Shown here piece after piece: positions 37,449-46,368 of a DNA stretch of 64,000 bases. The notes beneath the pieces are model-generated. The model did no database searches and was not told the DNA's origin. It saw only the letters and a program-made list of their open reading frames with translations. The position numbers were made by a program, and so were the translations under genes. The DNA lies in contig JANPCG010000015.1 in NCBI GenBank assembly GCA_031430855.1, positions 68,522 to 132,521 on the forward strand, written 5' to 3'. This DNA is from Candidatus Kaiserbacteria bacterium. Lineage in GTDB: Bacteria; Patescibacteriota; Minisyncoccia; Phycocordibacterales; UBA918. The stretch's first letter is position 1. Each line of letters begins with the position of its first letter.

Positions 37449-38219
37449 ATGACAATTACAAAACAAGTAGCCGTTATAATTTCTATTGCGGTAATTCTAC
37501 TTGGTCTGGCTGGGTATAACTTCATGAATGCGCAAGTGTGGACTCGTCCAACATCTCAGCCGCCACAAAATAACGTTCGAGTACCTATTAACGTGGGAAT
37601 TTCGTCTACAACAATTCAAAATGCAGTAGGCTCACTCGTCTTTAATCGATTTGCAGCAACAGATGCTGTGTGGTCCAACGCATATTGTGATTCTCAGGGG
37701 CAAAACTGTCAGAATCTAGGAAGTTCAGCAACTTCAGCAATTAATTACGTGCAATATGCAAAAGACTATTGCGATTTAAATGTTCCTAATCCAGGAAGTA
37801 CAAGTCTTCACGGAGTTAAATTAGCTAAGGGCGGTTTTTATGATTTTTATGATAAAAATGGAGCAACTTCAATTTTGGAATGGACATGTAAAGGTCCGAC
37901 TTCAGAAGTAAGCTACGAGATTCAAAATGCGTGTGGTTTTAGTGTAATAAATCCGGGCAGTGTGTCTCTGAATTCCGTTAGATTAAAAAATGGAACTAAT
38001 TATGATGTGTATGATTCTAATGGAGGAACCGCGATTCTGGAGTGGAGATGTAATAGCTCTGCACCAACCTATATAAGAAATATTGAAACCGCTTGTGGTT
38101 TTAGAGTTCCAAACCCAGGGAGTATTTCTCTAAACGGGGTCGTTGACAGAAATGGTAATTTCTTTGATCTTTATGATAATAATAATGGAACCGCGCGGCT
38201 CGTGTGGAGTTGTAATTAA
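37449..38219 (+). CDS. Exported Cys-rich protein, paralog P2 of the family; C-terminal region has three ~50-aa tandem repeats
   Basis: Conserved N-terminal module (NAQVWTRPTSQPPQNNVRVPINVG...YCDSQGQNC). Then 3x [C..NPGS.SL..V.L..G..YD.YD.NG.T..L.W.C]. The ORF extends to 37395 inside the repeat leader. Confidence 0.6.
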   Translation: MTITKQVAVIISIAVILLGLAGYNFMNAQVWTRPTSQPPQNNVRVPINVGISSTTIQNAVGSLVFNRFAATDAVWSNAYCDSQGQNCQNLGSSATSAINYVQYAKDYCDLNVPNPGSTSLHGVKLAKGGFYDFYDKNGATSILEWTCKGPTSEVSYEIQNACGFSVINPGSVSLNSVRLKNGTNYDVYDSNGGTAILEWRCNSSAPTYIRNIETACGFRVPNPGSISLNGVVDRNGNFFDLYDNNNGTARLVWSCN

Positions 38220-38227
38220 ATTTGTAA

Positions 38228-38302
38228 ACACAAAACACCCCCTATATGGGGGTGTTTTGTGTTTGGGTACAACTATCAAGGGTGAATATATACCGCGGTA
38301 TA
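38228..38302 (+). repeat. Direct repeat unit B (second copy of terminator + leader)
   Basis: See unit A. It marks a tandem duplication of the terminator/leader plus a family gene. Confidence 0.7.
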
Positions 38303-38324
38303 CTAATTATAGTAAGTATTTTAA

Positions 38325-39005
38325 ATGAAATTAACAAAACATTTTACAACAATAGTACCTCTTACTGTCATTTTTCTTGGCCTGGCTGGATACGGTTTTA
38401 TCAGTGCGCAGGTATGGACTAGTCCAACCGCGACTCCTCCTGCTAATAATGCTGCTGCTCCAGTAAATACTGGTTTAACTACCCAAACATAATCGGGTAA
38501 CTTTAGTGCAAACATTGTCTCCGCTGCAACCTCAACCTGGTCACCAAGATATTGTGATGCGTTGGGTGGTAACTGTTGGGACCCTACAACTGGCGCTCCT
38601 GGTGGGGGAGATACGATTATTGTTGGGGGGCAATGCTTCGAACCAGCCTGGGCGGTAACATGTAATTGGAATTGGAGTGGTGATGGAAATGACAATAGTA
38701 CATACATTCGACCATTAAGTGTTAGTCCTACTGGAGTTTGTAATTCAGTGGGAAGATCTTACCAGTACCACACCATGATTTTAGCGCAGTGCACCGCTGC
38801 ACCAGTATATGCCTGGTCAGTTGGCGCGTATGCTTGTAACGCACCGTATGCGTACTCGTGTCAAACAACTTCAGGAACCAATGTTCGTACGGTAACATGT
38901 CAAAATCAATATGGCGGTGTCGGTGCTGATAGTCTCTGTCCTAGTCCAAAGCCTACGACTGCGGGCGGATCTTGTACGAGGAATGGTGGTGGAAGTGACT
39001 GTTAA
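38325..39005 (+). pseudogene. Family paralog P3 interrupted by a single in-frame TAA (38490-38492); otherwise intact over 226 codons
   Basis: MKLTKHFTTIVPLTVIFLGLAGYGFISAQVWTSPTATPPANNAAAPVNTGLTTQT*SGNFSANIVSAATSTWSPRYCDALGGNCWDP... is all in one frame. The downstream part is annotated as ORF 38562..39005. Confidence 0.55.
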
Positions 39006-39128
39006 TTAAATCATCTATCAAACACAAAACTCTCAGGCAACTAGCTTGAGGGTTTTGTAGTTTATGCAAAAAAAGTTTGTAGGTAAGACTTGTCAGGGAT
39101 TTCTTTAGCGATATGATACAATTTTTGT

Positions 39129-39428
39129 ATGTTTAATTTTGTTGTAGATAAGTTACGACCAAAGTCTGAGTCAGGTAAAGTGGTGACACCAGCTGAAGCG
39201 CTTGAAAATAAATCAGTATGGAGCAGCCAGAGACTTAAAGACGGAATCCGTGACTATGAAGTGCTGATGGCGTTTATGGCTGTTGATCGTGCAGCGGGAG
39301 ATTCTCAACTTCGAGAAAAAGGTCTGGATACTATTCGAGGGATTCTCGCTAGTGAATGCAGGATGACATTTACTTCTGAAGCAGAGCTCGTGCAGTTTGT
39401 GAATGATTATAGTTTGCTTACTGAATAG
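39129..39428 (+). CDS. Hypothetical protein (99 aa)
   Basis: Codon composition is coding-like. No domain recognised. Confidence 0.35.
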   Translation: MFNFVVDKLRPKSESGKVVTPAEALENKSVWSSQRLKDGIRDYEVLMAFMAVDRAAGDSQLREKGLDTIRGILASECRMTFTSEAELVQFVNDYSLLTE

Positions 39429-39504
39429 ATTTCAAACTCTTTTTATATATCCCTAGTATCATTCACTTGGTTCTGGTAAAAACCATGAACCATGCTGATT
39501 TTGA

Positions 39505-39822
39505 TTAAATGCCCGGCTTCTTCTCTCGTTCATTCCATTGAAATAGTTTAAGATTCTTGTTTGCTTTTAGGTTGTCAATGAGAAACTTAGTTCGTTTCGG
39601 TTCGACGACGTGGACAGCGATTTTTTGGACTCCGGTTCCAGATATAATCAGCTCAAAACCAGCCTGGGTGTAGACCACTGTTATAAATCGTGGTCCTGAT
39701 CTACGAGCATCAATGATACCCGGAGCAATCATTTTAATGCCAGATATTTTTCCGAGCACCCGCACGACTGTTTCGGCCGTCTCGGTTAGTGTTGTATGGG
39801 AACTCCCTCGTTTACGCGCCAT
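39505..39822 (-). CDS. Hypothetical small protein (105 aa)
   Basis: Coding-like ORF that overlaps the upstream gene by 11 nt. No confident domain. Confidence 0.4.
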   Translation of the reverse strand: MARKRGSSHTTLTETAETVVRVLGKISGIKMIAPGIIDARRSGPRFITVVYTQAGFELIISGTGVQKIAVHVVEPKRTKFLIDNLKANKNLKLFQWNEREKKPGI

Positions 39823-40423
39823 GGTTCATGTATATCATTAATAACGGTTCAGCGATAAGCCGCAATAAATACAGGACTCCAATCGACCCAACCAGTAATC
39901 GCCACTTTCCTTCATATTTTAAATAGAGGTAAGTCAGGAGCCCGAGAACGAGGATGCTATCAAATACGCTCACATATCGCCCAAACTCTACAGTATTCCA
40001 ATATGAAATAGGGCTGTGAAATTTCCAATCTAAGAACGGATAAAAGTGACGGTACGCATCCTCTGTATGGACGAAAAAATCAACGATGGTGTGAAAAAGG
40101 GCTGAAATACTAAAGTATTTAAGAAAATTCCAGCCAAAATGTACGGAAAATCCAATCAGAAGGGGCCACAAGATAAAGGAATGGGTGAGGGTGATCGGGA
40201 TACTCCAGCCGGAATTAAAGTACATATCGTCCCACATTACCTCGCCTGAATACCCTAAAATAAGCCCATAGACGATAAAAAAGACATACGTTGGAGTATC
40301 AGGAAATAAAGCCCCTAGGATAAAAGCGGACGTCCGCTGTTTTGTGGAGACTGGGTTCAGGTCTAGTTTTTCAGTTTTTTTAGCTAGTGCCCAGCTGTAT
40401 ATGAGGTGGGACGGCGTAATCAC
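39812..40423 (-). CDS. Membrane-bound metal-dependent hydrolase-like protein (YdjM/DUF457-like)
   Basis: N-terminal M..SHLIYSWALA, multiple TM helices and conserved His residues (HSFILWPLL, HFGWNF, HTIVDFFVH), as in DUF457. Confidence 0.4.
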   Translation of the reverse strand: MITPSHLIYSWALAKKTEKLDLNPVSTKQRTSAFILGALFPDTPTYVFFIVYGLILGYSGEVMWDDMYFNSGWSIPITLTHSFILWPLLIGFSVHFGWNFLKYFSISALFHTIVDFFVHTEDAYRHFYPFLDWKFHSPISYWNTVEFGRYVSVFDSILVLGLLTYLYLKYEGKWRLLVGSIGVLYLLRLIAEPLLMIYMNHGA

Positions 40424-40467
40424 GTTTTCACTATACCATCAAAATATTGAAAAAGCGCCGAAAATGC

Positions 40468-40496
40468 TTGACGCTTCGTTAAATTTCCCGTACTAT
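40468..40496 (+). promoter_or_regulatory. Sigma70-like promoter (TTGACG-N17-TACTAT) driving a ~300-nt structured leader upstream of rpsS
   Basis: Near-consensus -35 and -10 boxes with 17-nt spacing. The leader contains hairpins CGGCAC..GTGCCG and GCACACCAT..ATGGTGTGC. Confidence 0.45.
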
Positions 40497-40810
40497 AGCC
40501 CACGTTCCTAACCGCATCGGTTATCGGCACCTATCTAGTGCCGAAAGTGTCAAAACAGAGAGCAAGTAAAGTTCAATTGTTTGGGAACCTCTGTTAAGTA
40601 AGGCAGTTACCTATACTTAGCCGAGGTTCTCAAAAGAGCACACCATTCATTTCATGGTGTGCATTTATCCATAGGACGCGCATATGTGGAAAATTTCTTT
40701 TTCGCACCTGCAGATTTCACCGCTCACCTTACTTTTGTAAGGCTCGGGAAAAATCCTTGCTGCTGCGCGAAATTTCCTCACCTGCACCCGTCCTAGTTAC
40801 ATTAATAAGT

Positions 40811-41152
40811 ATGTCACGATCACTCTATAAAGGACCCCACGTAGACGAGAAGCTGATGAAGAAGATCGCCGGTAAAAAACCCGGAGAGAGTGGTGTCATT
40901 AAAACATGGGCTCGCGCCAGTATGATTGCGCCAGAAATGGTCGGTTTTACATTCGGAGTTCATAACGGAAAAGACCACGTCGCGGTTGTTGTGGCTGAAG
41001 AAATGGTAGGACATCGTCTTGGAGAATTTTCTTCAACGAAGAAGTTCCATCGCCACGGAGGTAAGATGCAGAAAGAGCTTGAACAAAAGAAAAAGGAAGC
41101 TGAAATCGCTGCTGCAAAGGCTTCTAAGTCCGCTGGACCAAGTAAGAAATAA
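40811..41152 (+). CDS. rpsS: 30S ribosomal protein S19 with Lys/Ala/Glu-rich C-terminal extension
   Basis: MSRSLYKGPHVDEKLMKKI...GHRLGEFSSTKKFHRHGG matches S19. The start is internal ATG 40811. A ~30-aa charged tail is added. Confidence 0.9.
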   Translation: MSRSLYKGPHVDEKLMKKIAGKKPGESGVIKTWARASMIAPEMVGFTFGVHNGKDHVAVVVAEEMVGHRLGEFSSTKKFHRHGGKMQKELEQKKKEAEIAAAKASKSAGPSKK

Positions 41153-41154
41153 GT

Positions 41155-41478
41155 ATGAAAGCAATTCTCAAAAATTACCGTCAATCTCCCCGCAAGGTTC
41201 GCCTGGTGGCTGATGTTGTACGAGGAAAAAAAGTGAATGATGCTATTGCAGCCCTTCAGTTTGTCGACAAGCGTTCATCTGAAGCCTTTCTAAAGGTTAT
41301 CAAGTCTGCTGCCGCGAACGCTACACAAGCGGGTGCTGACGTGTCACATTTGATTGTAAAACACGTATCAGTTGATAAAGGTATTACCCAAAAGCGTTTT
41401 ATGCCACGAGCTCGTGGTTCAGCGTCACGAATTAACAAGCGCAGTAGTCACATTACTGTGGAATTAGGTAACAAATAA
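41155..41478 (+). CDS. rplV: 50S ribosomal protein L22
   Basis: MKAILKNYRQSPRKVRLVADVVRGKKVNDAIAALQF matches L22. Confidence 0.9.
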   Translation: MKAILKNYRQSPRKVRLVADVVRGKKVNDAIAALQFVDKRSSEAFLKVIKSAAANATQAGADVSHLIVKHVSVDKGITQKRFMPRARGSASRINKRSSHITVELGNK

Positions 41479-41479
41479 T

Positions 41480-42208
41480 ATGACACACGTAGCCCATCCA
41501 TATGTTCAACGTATTGGTATCAATCGTGACTGGCGCAGTCGTTGGTTTACCACTGACCCAAAGCAGTTTCGTGAGTACTTGCGTGTAGATGCCCAAATCC
41601 GTAAATTCCTTGCTACCCGATTAAAGGGTATGTCAGTTGACACGGTTGAAATTGAGCGTGACCAAAAATCAGTTCGTATCATTATTAAAACTGCTCGTCC
41701 TGGACTCGTCATTGGTCGTAGTGGAGAAGGAGCGGTAAAGTTGAAGAAAGAAATAGACATGCTTTTCCGTAAGGCGTCGCTCACTACTAAGCCCGAAATC
41801 AAGCTTGATGTTGAAGAAATTCGTTCACCAGAATCAAGTGCCAACATTGTTGGACAAATGATTGCTGAAGGTCTAGAGAAGCGTCTTACCTTCCGTCGCG
41901 TTATGAAAATGACGATTGAAAAAGTTATGGCAAACCGTGATGTGGAAGGAGTAAAAATCATTCTTTCTGGTCGTCTTGGCGGTGCTGACATGGCTCGTAA
42001 AGAAGAACTCAAGAAAGGACGAATTCCACTTCAGACCCTACGTGCTGACATTGACTTCGCTCGCGTAACGGCTCGTTTGCCATACGGAGCGATTGGGATC
42101 AAGGTGTGGATCTATCGTGGACAAGTTTTTGCTGACCGTAAAGCTGGTCAGGCCGACACTGCACCACGCGCGACACGAATGGAAGATACTCGAAGTACTA
42201 ATCGATAA
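41480..42208 (+). CDS. rpsC: 30S ribosomal protein S3
   Basis: KH and S3-C domains: ...GRSGEGAVKLKKEI... GRLGGADMARKE..KKGRIPLQTLRADIDF. Confidence 0.95.
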   Translation: MTHVAHPYVQRIGINRDWRSRWFTTDPKQFREYLRVDAQIRKFLATRLKGMSVDTVEIERDQKSVRIIIKTARPGLVIGRSGEGAVKLKKEIDMLFRKASLTTKPEIKLDVEEIRSPESSANIVGQMIAEGLEKRLTFRRVMKMTIEKVMANRDVEGVKIILSGRLGGADMARKEELKKGRIPLQTLRADIDFARVTARLPYGAIGIKVWIYRGQVFADRKAGQADTAPRATRMEDTRSTNR

Positions 42209-42213
42209 TCTGT

Positions 42214-42648
42214 ATGTTATTTCCTAAAAAAGTAGCCCACCGCAAGTGGCAAGTTGGACGCAAGAGTCCTGAAAAATTGGCTCGTCCAGAGACTCGAGGT
42301 ATCACTGTTGCGTTTGGAGAGTACGGTCTTAAGGCTACTACTCCATCACGAGTTCGTTCAAATCAAATTGAGGCCGCTCGACGAGTGATTTCTCGCACAC
42401 TCGGTAAAACCGGAAAAATTTGGATTCGAATTTTCCCTGACAAGCCAATTACACAAAAAGCGGCAGAAGTGCCGATGGGTAAAGGTAAGGGGGACCCTGA
42501 CCACTTCGTGTTTGAAGTAGCACCCGGACGAATCTTGTTTGAAGTCGAAGGAGTTTCAGAAGAACTCGCCCGCAAGGCTTTGCGTAAAGCAGTAGCAAAA
42601 CTTCCATTAAAAGCTAAGGTGGTAACCCGTGCAGAAACCCGCGCGTAA
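42214..42648 (+). CDS. rplP: 50S ribosomal protein L16
   Basis: MLFPKKVAHRKWQVGR...GEYGLKA...RQIEAARR matches L16. Confidence 0.95.
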   Translation: MLFPKKVAHRKWQVGRKSPEKLARPETRGITVAFGEYGLKATTPSRVRSNQIEAARRVISRTLGKTGKIWIRIFPDKPITQKAAEVPMGKGKGDPDHFVFEVAPGRILFEVEGVSEELARKALRKAVAKLPLKAKVVTRAETRA

Positions 42649-42657
42649 TATATCGAT

Positions 42658-42852
42658 ATGAAATACTCTGATATACAAAAGAAAAGTGACAATGAGCTCG
42701 GAGAGCTCATTGTGGCTGCGCGTGAAGATTTGCGAGCCGAACGCTTCAAAGATAAATTTAGTAAAAAAGCTGCGACTATCCGAACTGCCAAAACAACAAT
42801 TGCTCAGGCACTCACTGAAGTCACCAGTCGCCGTAACCAGGTAAGTAAATAA
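42658..42852 (+). CDS. rpmC: 50S ribosomal protein L29
   Basis: 64-aa protein (...ELGELIVAAREDLRAERFK...) at the operon position of L29. Confidence 0.85.
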   Translation: MKYSDIQKKSDNELGELIVAAREDLRAERFKDKFSKKAATIRTAKTTIAQALTEVTSRRNQVSK

Positions 42853-42853
42853 T

Positions 42854-43117
42854 ATGAGTACCATAGAAACAGTAGTAGCCCCAAAAGGCCGCGTACTCCA
42901 AGGTACTGTTGTATCGACCAAGATGACCGATACTATTACGGTGATTGTTGACCGGTACGTAAAGCACCCAAAGTACAAAAAGTACGAACGACTTTCAAAA
43001 AAGTTCCTTGTTCATGACAAGGGAAACACAGCGAAAGAAGGTCAGCTTGTCTCAATTCGAGAAACTCGTCCGATGTCAAAGCGGAAGCATTTTGAATTGG
43101 TAACCATTAACAAATAA
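42854..43117 (+). CDS. rpsQ: 30S ribosomal protein S17
   Basis: ...RVLQGTVVSTKMTDTITVIVDRYVKHPKYKKY..KKFLVHD matches S17. Confidence 0.9.
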   Translation: MSTIETVVAPKGRVLQGTVVSTKMTDTITVIVDRYVKHPKYKKYERLSKKFLVHDKGNTAKEGQLVSIRETRPMSKRKHFELVTINK

Positions 43118-43120
43118 CAT

Positions 43121-43492
43121 ATGATTCAACCTCAAACATTGGTCCGTATTACGGACAACTCTGGTGGAAAGATGGGTCGTGTGTTCAAGGTTCTTGGTGG
43201 CTCAAAGAAGCGCTACGCAGAATTGGGTGAAGTCGTGGTGCTTGCAGTACAAACTGCAGAGCCCCGAAAAGCGGTAAAGAAAAAGGATGTGGTCTACGGC
43301 GTTGTCGTACGACAAGTAAAGCCGTATCGTCGAAAGGATGGATCGTACGTTAGTTTTGATGATAATGCGGTTGTCCTTATCGATAAGGTAAAGAAAGAAC
43401 CAAAAGCGAACCGTGTATTCGGTCCGATTCCCCGAGAGCTCGGCGAGGCCGGTTATCAGAAAATCGTCTCCTTGGCCCCAGAGGTTGTATAA
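43121..43492 (+). CDS. rplN: 50S ribosomal protein L14
   Basis: MIQPQTLVRITDNSGGK..VFKVLGGSKKRYAELGEVV matches L14. Confidence 0.95.
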   Translation: MIQPQTLVRITDNSGGKMGRVFKVLGGSKKRYAELGEVVVLAVQTAEPRKAVKKKDVVYGVVVRQVKPYRRKDGSYVSFDDNAVVLIDKVKKEPKANRVFGPIPRELGEAGYQKIVSLAPEVV

Positions 43493-43516
43493 GGAACGTA
43501 TATCTATACCAATACT

Positions 43517-43828
43517 ATGAAATTAAGAAAAGGGGACACCGTTAAGGTGATTGCTGGAAAAGATAAAGGAAAGACCGGTACCATTCTCACTGCCCTAAAG
43601 GCAACTGAGCAAGTGGTGATTGAAGGTATTAATGTTGTCACCAAGCACCAAAAGAATAAACGAACTCGTTCACGAGGACAGATTGTTACCGTAAGTATGC
43701 CGATTCACGCCTCAAACGTCGCGTTGATGGAGGGTGATAAGGCCGTACGCGCAGGCTACGTCTTTGAAGGGGAGGGAGACAAGCGAACCAAGGTCCGCGT
43801 CGCTCGACCGAGTGGTAAGAAAATATAA
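43517..43828 (+). CDS. rplX: 50S ribosomal protein L24
   Basis: MKLRKGDTVKVIAGKDKGKTGTIL (KOW motif) matches L24. Confidence 0.9.
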   Translation: MKLRKGDTVKVIAGKDKGKTGTILTALKATEQVVIEGINVVTKHQKNKRTRSRGQIVTVSMPIHASNVALMEGDKAVRAGYVFEGEGDKRTKVRVARPSGKKI

Positions 43829-43832
43829 TTGT

Positions 43833-44378
43833 ATGGAAACAACACTCACAAAAATTAATTCTGCCTACACTACCCTTAAGGGTGAGTTCGGATATCAGAA
43901 TGTGATGCAGGCACCAAAGGTAGAGAAAATTGTTGTCTCGATTGGTACCGGTCGTGTACAGGACAAGCAAAAAGAGGCACTCATCCGAGATCGACTCGCT
44001 CGTATTACGGGACAGAAGCCGGCGGCTCGTCCAGCCAAGCAATCAATTGCTGCTTTTAAGCTCCGAGCTGGTGAAATCATCGGGTACCAAACAACACTTC
44101 GTGGTGCGCGGATGCAGCACTTCCTCGATAAGCTCATTAATATTGCGTTGCCACAGACTCGTGACTTTCGCGGACTCAAAGTAACGGCAATTGATGAAAT
44201 GGGGAACATCACTATTGGTATCAAAGAACACACTATTTTCCCAGAATGTAGTGATGAAGAAATCAAAGATGTTTTCAGTTTTGCCATTACGATTGTAACG
44301 ACAGCGAAGACAAAGAAAGAAGCCGAGGCTTTCCTTCGACACATTAATTTGCCGTTAAAGAAAGAAGAATCTAAATAA
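43833..44378 (+). CDS. rplE: 50S ribosomal protein L5
   Basis: ...YQNVMQAPKVEKIVVSIGTG... RGARMQHFLDKLINIALPQTRDFRGL matches L5. The start is internal ATG 43833. Confidence 0.9.
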   Translation: METTLTKINSAYTTLKGEFGYQNVMQAPKVEKIVVSIGTGRVQDKQKEALIRDRLARITGQKPAARPAKQSIAAFKLRAGEIIGYQTTLRGARMQHFLDKLINIALPQTRDFRGLKVTAIDEMGNITIGIKEHTIFPECSDEEIKDVFSFAITIVTTAKTKKEAEAFLRHINLPLKKEESK

Positions 44379-44394
44379 AGATTCCTAAATATAC

Positions 44395-44434
44395 AAAACC
44401 CCGCACCAACTGGTGCGGGGTTTTGTTGCATTTT
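44395..44434 (+). terminator. Rho-independent terminator after rplE
   Basis: AAAACCCCGCACCA-ac-TGGTGCGGGGTTTTGTTGCATTTT. It is followed by an extended -10 (TGTATAAT) promoter-like sequence at 44443-44450. Confidence 0.7.
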
Positions 44435-44502
44435 AAAAATTCTATTGTATAATAAATAACGAAACGGTGCGCTTCTGCACCCGTAGATCTTTGGGGGTAC
44501 CA

Positions 44503-44832
44503 ATGTCTGGATTGATTGATCATACGTTCTCGTGGCCAACCGGGTGGCAGATGTTTGAGCTTGTGTGGCTCCTCGCTTTTGCGGGGTACGGCTACTATCT
44601 CTTCAAACAGAAAGGCTGGTTCAAGGAGCCGGTGACCGTCGGTTCGATGTTCTGGGAGGTGCCGCTGGCCGGTCTCTTGACGGCGTTTTTGACGACCGAC
44701 TTTCAACTTGAGGGCTTGTTCCTTATGTTGAAGTATCACTATGTGAAAGAGGTTCTCAAGCACGATCGGGTGGGGCGTAATCTCCTGATCATTGGTGCGG
44801 TGGCCCTGATTCTCTTGATTGTCATCCTCTGA
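44503..44832 (+). CDS. Small membrane protein (109 aa) inserted between rplE and rpsN
   Basis: GGGGGT SD, then ATG 44503. Three predicted TM helices. Confidence 0.4.
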   Translation: MSGLIDHTFSWPTGWQMFELVWLLAFAGYGYYLFKQKGWFKEPVTVGSMFWEVPLAGLLTAFLTTDFQLEGLFLMLKYHYVKEVLKHDRVGRNLLIIGAVALILLIVIL

Positions 44833-44946
44833 ACCAGGTGTGGAAAATTGGGCGGGCGGGATTATTTTTCCCGGCCGTCTTTTTTATTTTTTTAATACAA
44901 CAATGGGCAGCTGATAAAGGCTGCCCATTTCAATCGTGTACAGAGG

Positions 44947-45546
44947 TCATTCGCCTGATTGGCGAATGGGGACAATGTTGTCACCTGTCTTATCAAGAAA
45001 GTCTGACACAGCGGCGTTGTCAGCAGCCAGACCATGAGCCAACAGGCTATCCCGAACCATTTGATCAATCGCAAGAGCAAGCGCTCGATCAGAACGGCTT
45101 ACTTGGAGTTTCAAGGCCAGCTGAGCGTAGCGTTCGCTTACCTGTCTCGCTTTACGCAAGAGTTCTTCTCCTACGTCGAGTTCCGTATGGAGTCGGGTGT
45201 AGTGCGGGAGGTGTCGTGAGAGGGTCTCCCGCAGGACGCTCTCAACGGCGGCGTGTACGTCAAACCGCAGTTCCATCAAAGCACTGTCTTTATGCAAGAG
45301 GGCAATCTGAGACAGGGTATTTCCCATTACTGCCAAAATGAGAAACAAGACGATTACTGTCCCTCCAGCAATCAGTGTGACAGAAAACGGCGTGAGTTCT
45401 GCTTGGTAGTAGTACAGGGTACTGCCGACGAGAGAAAAAAGTATCGCTACGGAAGCGAGTACTCCCCACAGCACGACCTGTTTCCAGACCAAGCTGCGTT
45501 GGTTCATTTTATCTATTTCCGCCAGCTTAGTTAGGTGTTCGGACAT
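44947..45546 (-). CDS. Membrane protein (199 aa; two TM helices + cytoplasmic helical domain), hypothetical
   Basis: TM segments (VVLWGVLASVAILFSLVGSTLYYY; FSVTLIAGGTVIVLFLILAVM) and a C-terminal helical region. Confidence 0.45.
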   Translation of the reverse strand: MSEHLTKLAEIDKMNQRSLVWKQVVLWGVLASVAILFSLVGSTLYYYQAELTPFSVTLIAGGTVIVLFLILAVMGNTLSQIALLHKDSALMELRFDVHAAVESVLRETLSRHLPHYTRLHTELDVGEELLRKARQVSERYAQLALKLQVSRSDRALALAIDQMVRDSLLAHGLAADNAAVSDFLDKTGDNIVPIRQSGE

Positions 45547-45792
45547 GGGATGTTCCTTCAGAGGACAGATGGTTTCTCTAACTACTTTAGCGTAAACTGG
45601 TAGTTTTGCAATCTTTCAACCTTTCCTAAAACCTTGTGTTTTCTATGGATTCTGGTATTGTAGGCGGCGAAGCCTGATGCGGAATGTCTATTTTTATGAC
45701 ACCACATCGTGCTGCTAAACCCTCATGGTTTGGCGATTATTAAGGGGGTACGTCACGAATTCTACGTGATACGGCCTCGTAACCAACAATCA

Positions 45793-45978
45793 ATGGCTCG
45801 AACATCAGTTATTGTGCGCTCAAAGCGTACACCGAAGTTTGCGAGTCGCGTGGTCCGTCGATGTGAGCGCTGTGGGCGCAAGCACGGCTATATGCGTGAC
45901 TTTGATATGTGCCGTATTTGCTTCCGTGAAGCGGCTCATGAAGGACATATACCAGGTATAACCAAATCATCATGGTAG
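45793..45978 (+). CDS. rpsN: 30S ribosomal protein S14 (zinc-binding type Z)
   Basis: MARTSVIVRSKRTPKF..RCERCGRKHGYMRDFDMCRICFRE is a 61-aa protein with a CxxC...CxxC zinc ribbon. Confidence 0.9.
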   Translation: MARTSVIVRSKRTPKFASRVVRRCERCGRKHGYMRDFDMCRICFREAAHEGHIPGITKSSW

Positions 45979-46367
45979 GCGATACTATTGGCGACTTCAT
46001 TATTCAGCTTAAAAATGCCGGTGCGGTCGGGAAAAAGAACGTTAACGTTCCTTACTCAAAGCTCCGTCAGGCCGTAGCCGACAAGCTAGTCGCTGCTGGA
46101 TACGTTGAAGCAGCAGTCCCTAAGGGGAAAGTCGTTTCTGAAAAGAAACTTGAAGTGACGCTTAAATACGAAAACGGGAGTCACCGGATTCGTGGCGTGA
46201 AGCGTGTCAGTAAGCCAGGAAGACGGCTCTACACAAAAGTTGCAGATATTCACCGAGTTAAGTTTGGTCAGGGTCACCTGATCCTCTCAACCCCAGCCGG
46301 TATCCTCACGAATGATGAGGCACGAGCGGCAAATGTGGGCGGAGAACAACTCTTTATTATTTGGTAA
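45972..46367 (+). CDS. rpsH: 30S ribosomal protein S8
   Basis: MVGDTIGDFIIQLKNA... matches S8. It overlaps rpsN by 7 nt. Confidence 0.9.
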   Translation: MVGDTIGDFIIQLKNAGAVGKKNVNVPYSKLRQAVADKLVAAGYVEAAVPKGKVVSEKKLEVTLKYENGSHRIRGVKRVSKPGRRLYTKVADIHRVKFGQGHLILSTPAGILTNDEARAANVGGEQLFIIW

Positions 46368-46368
46368 T

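Noticed and set aside
38490-38492. TAA as a recoded sense codon (alternative genetic code)
   Set aside because: All core genes terminate and read normally with the standard code. The only bacterial stop-codon reassignment known in this clade is UGA, not UAA. A nonsense mutation or a sequencing error is more parsimonious.
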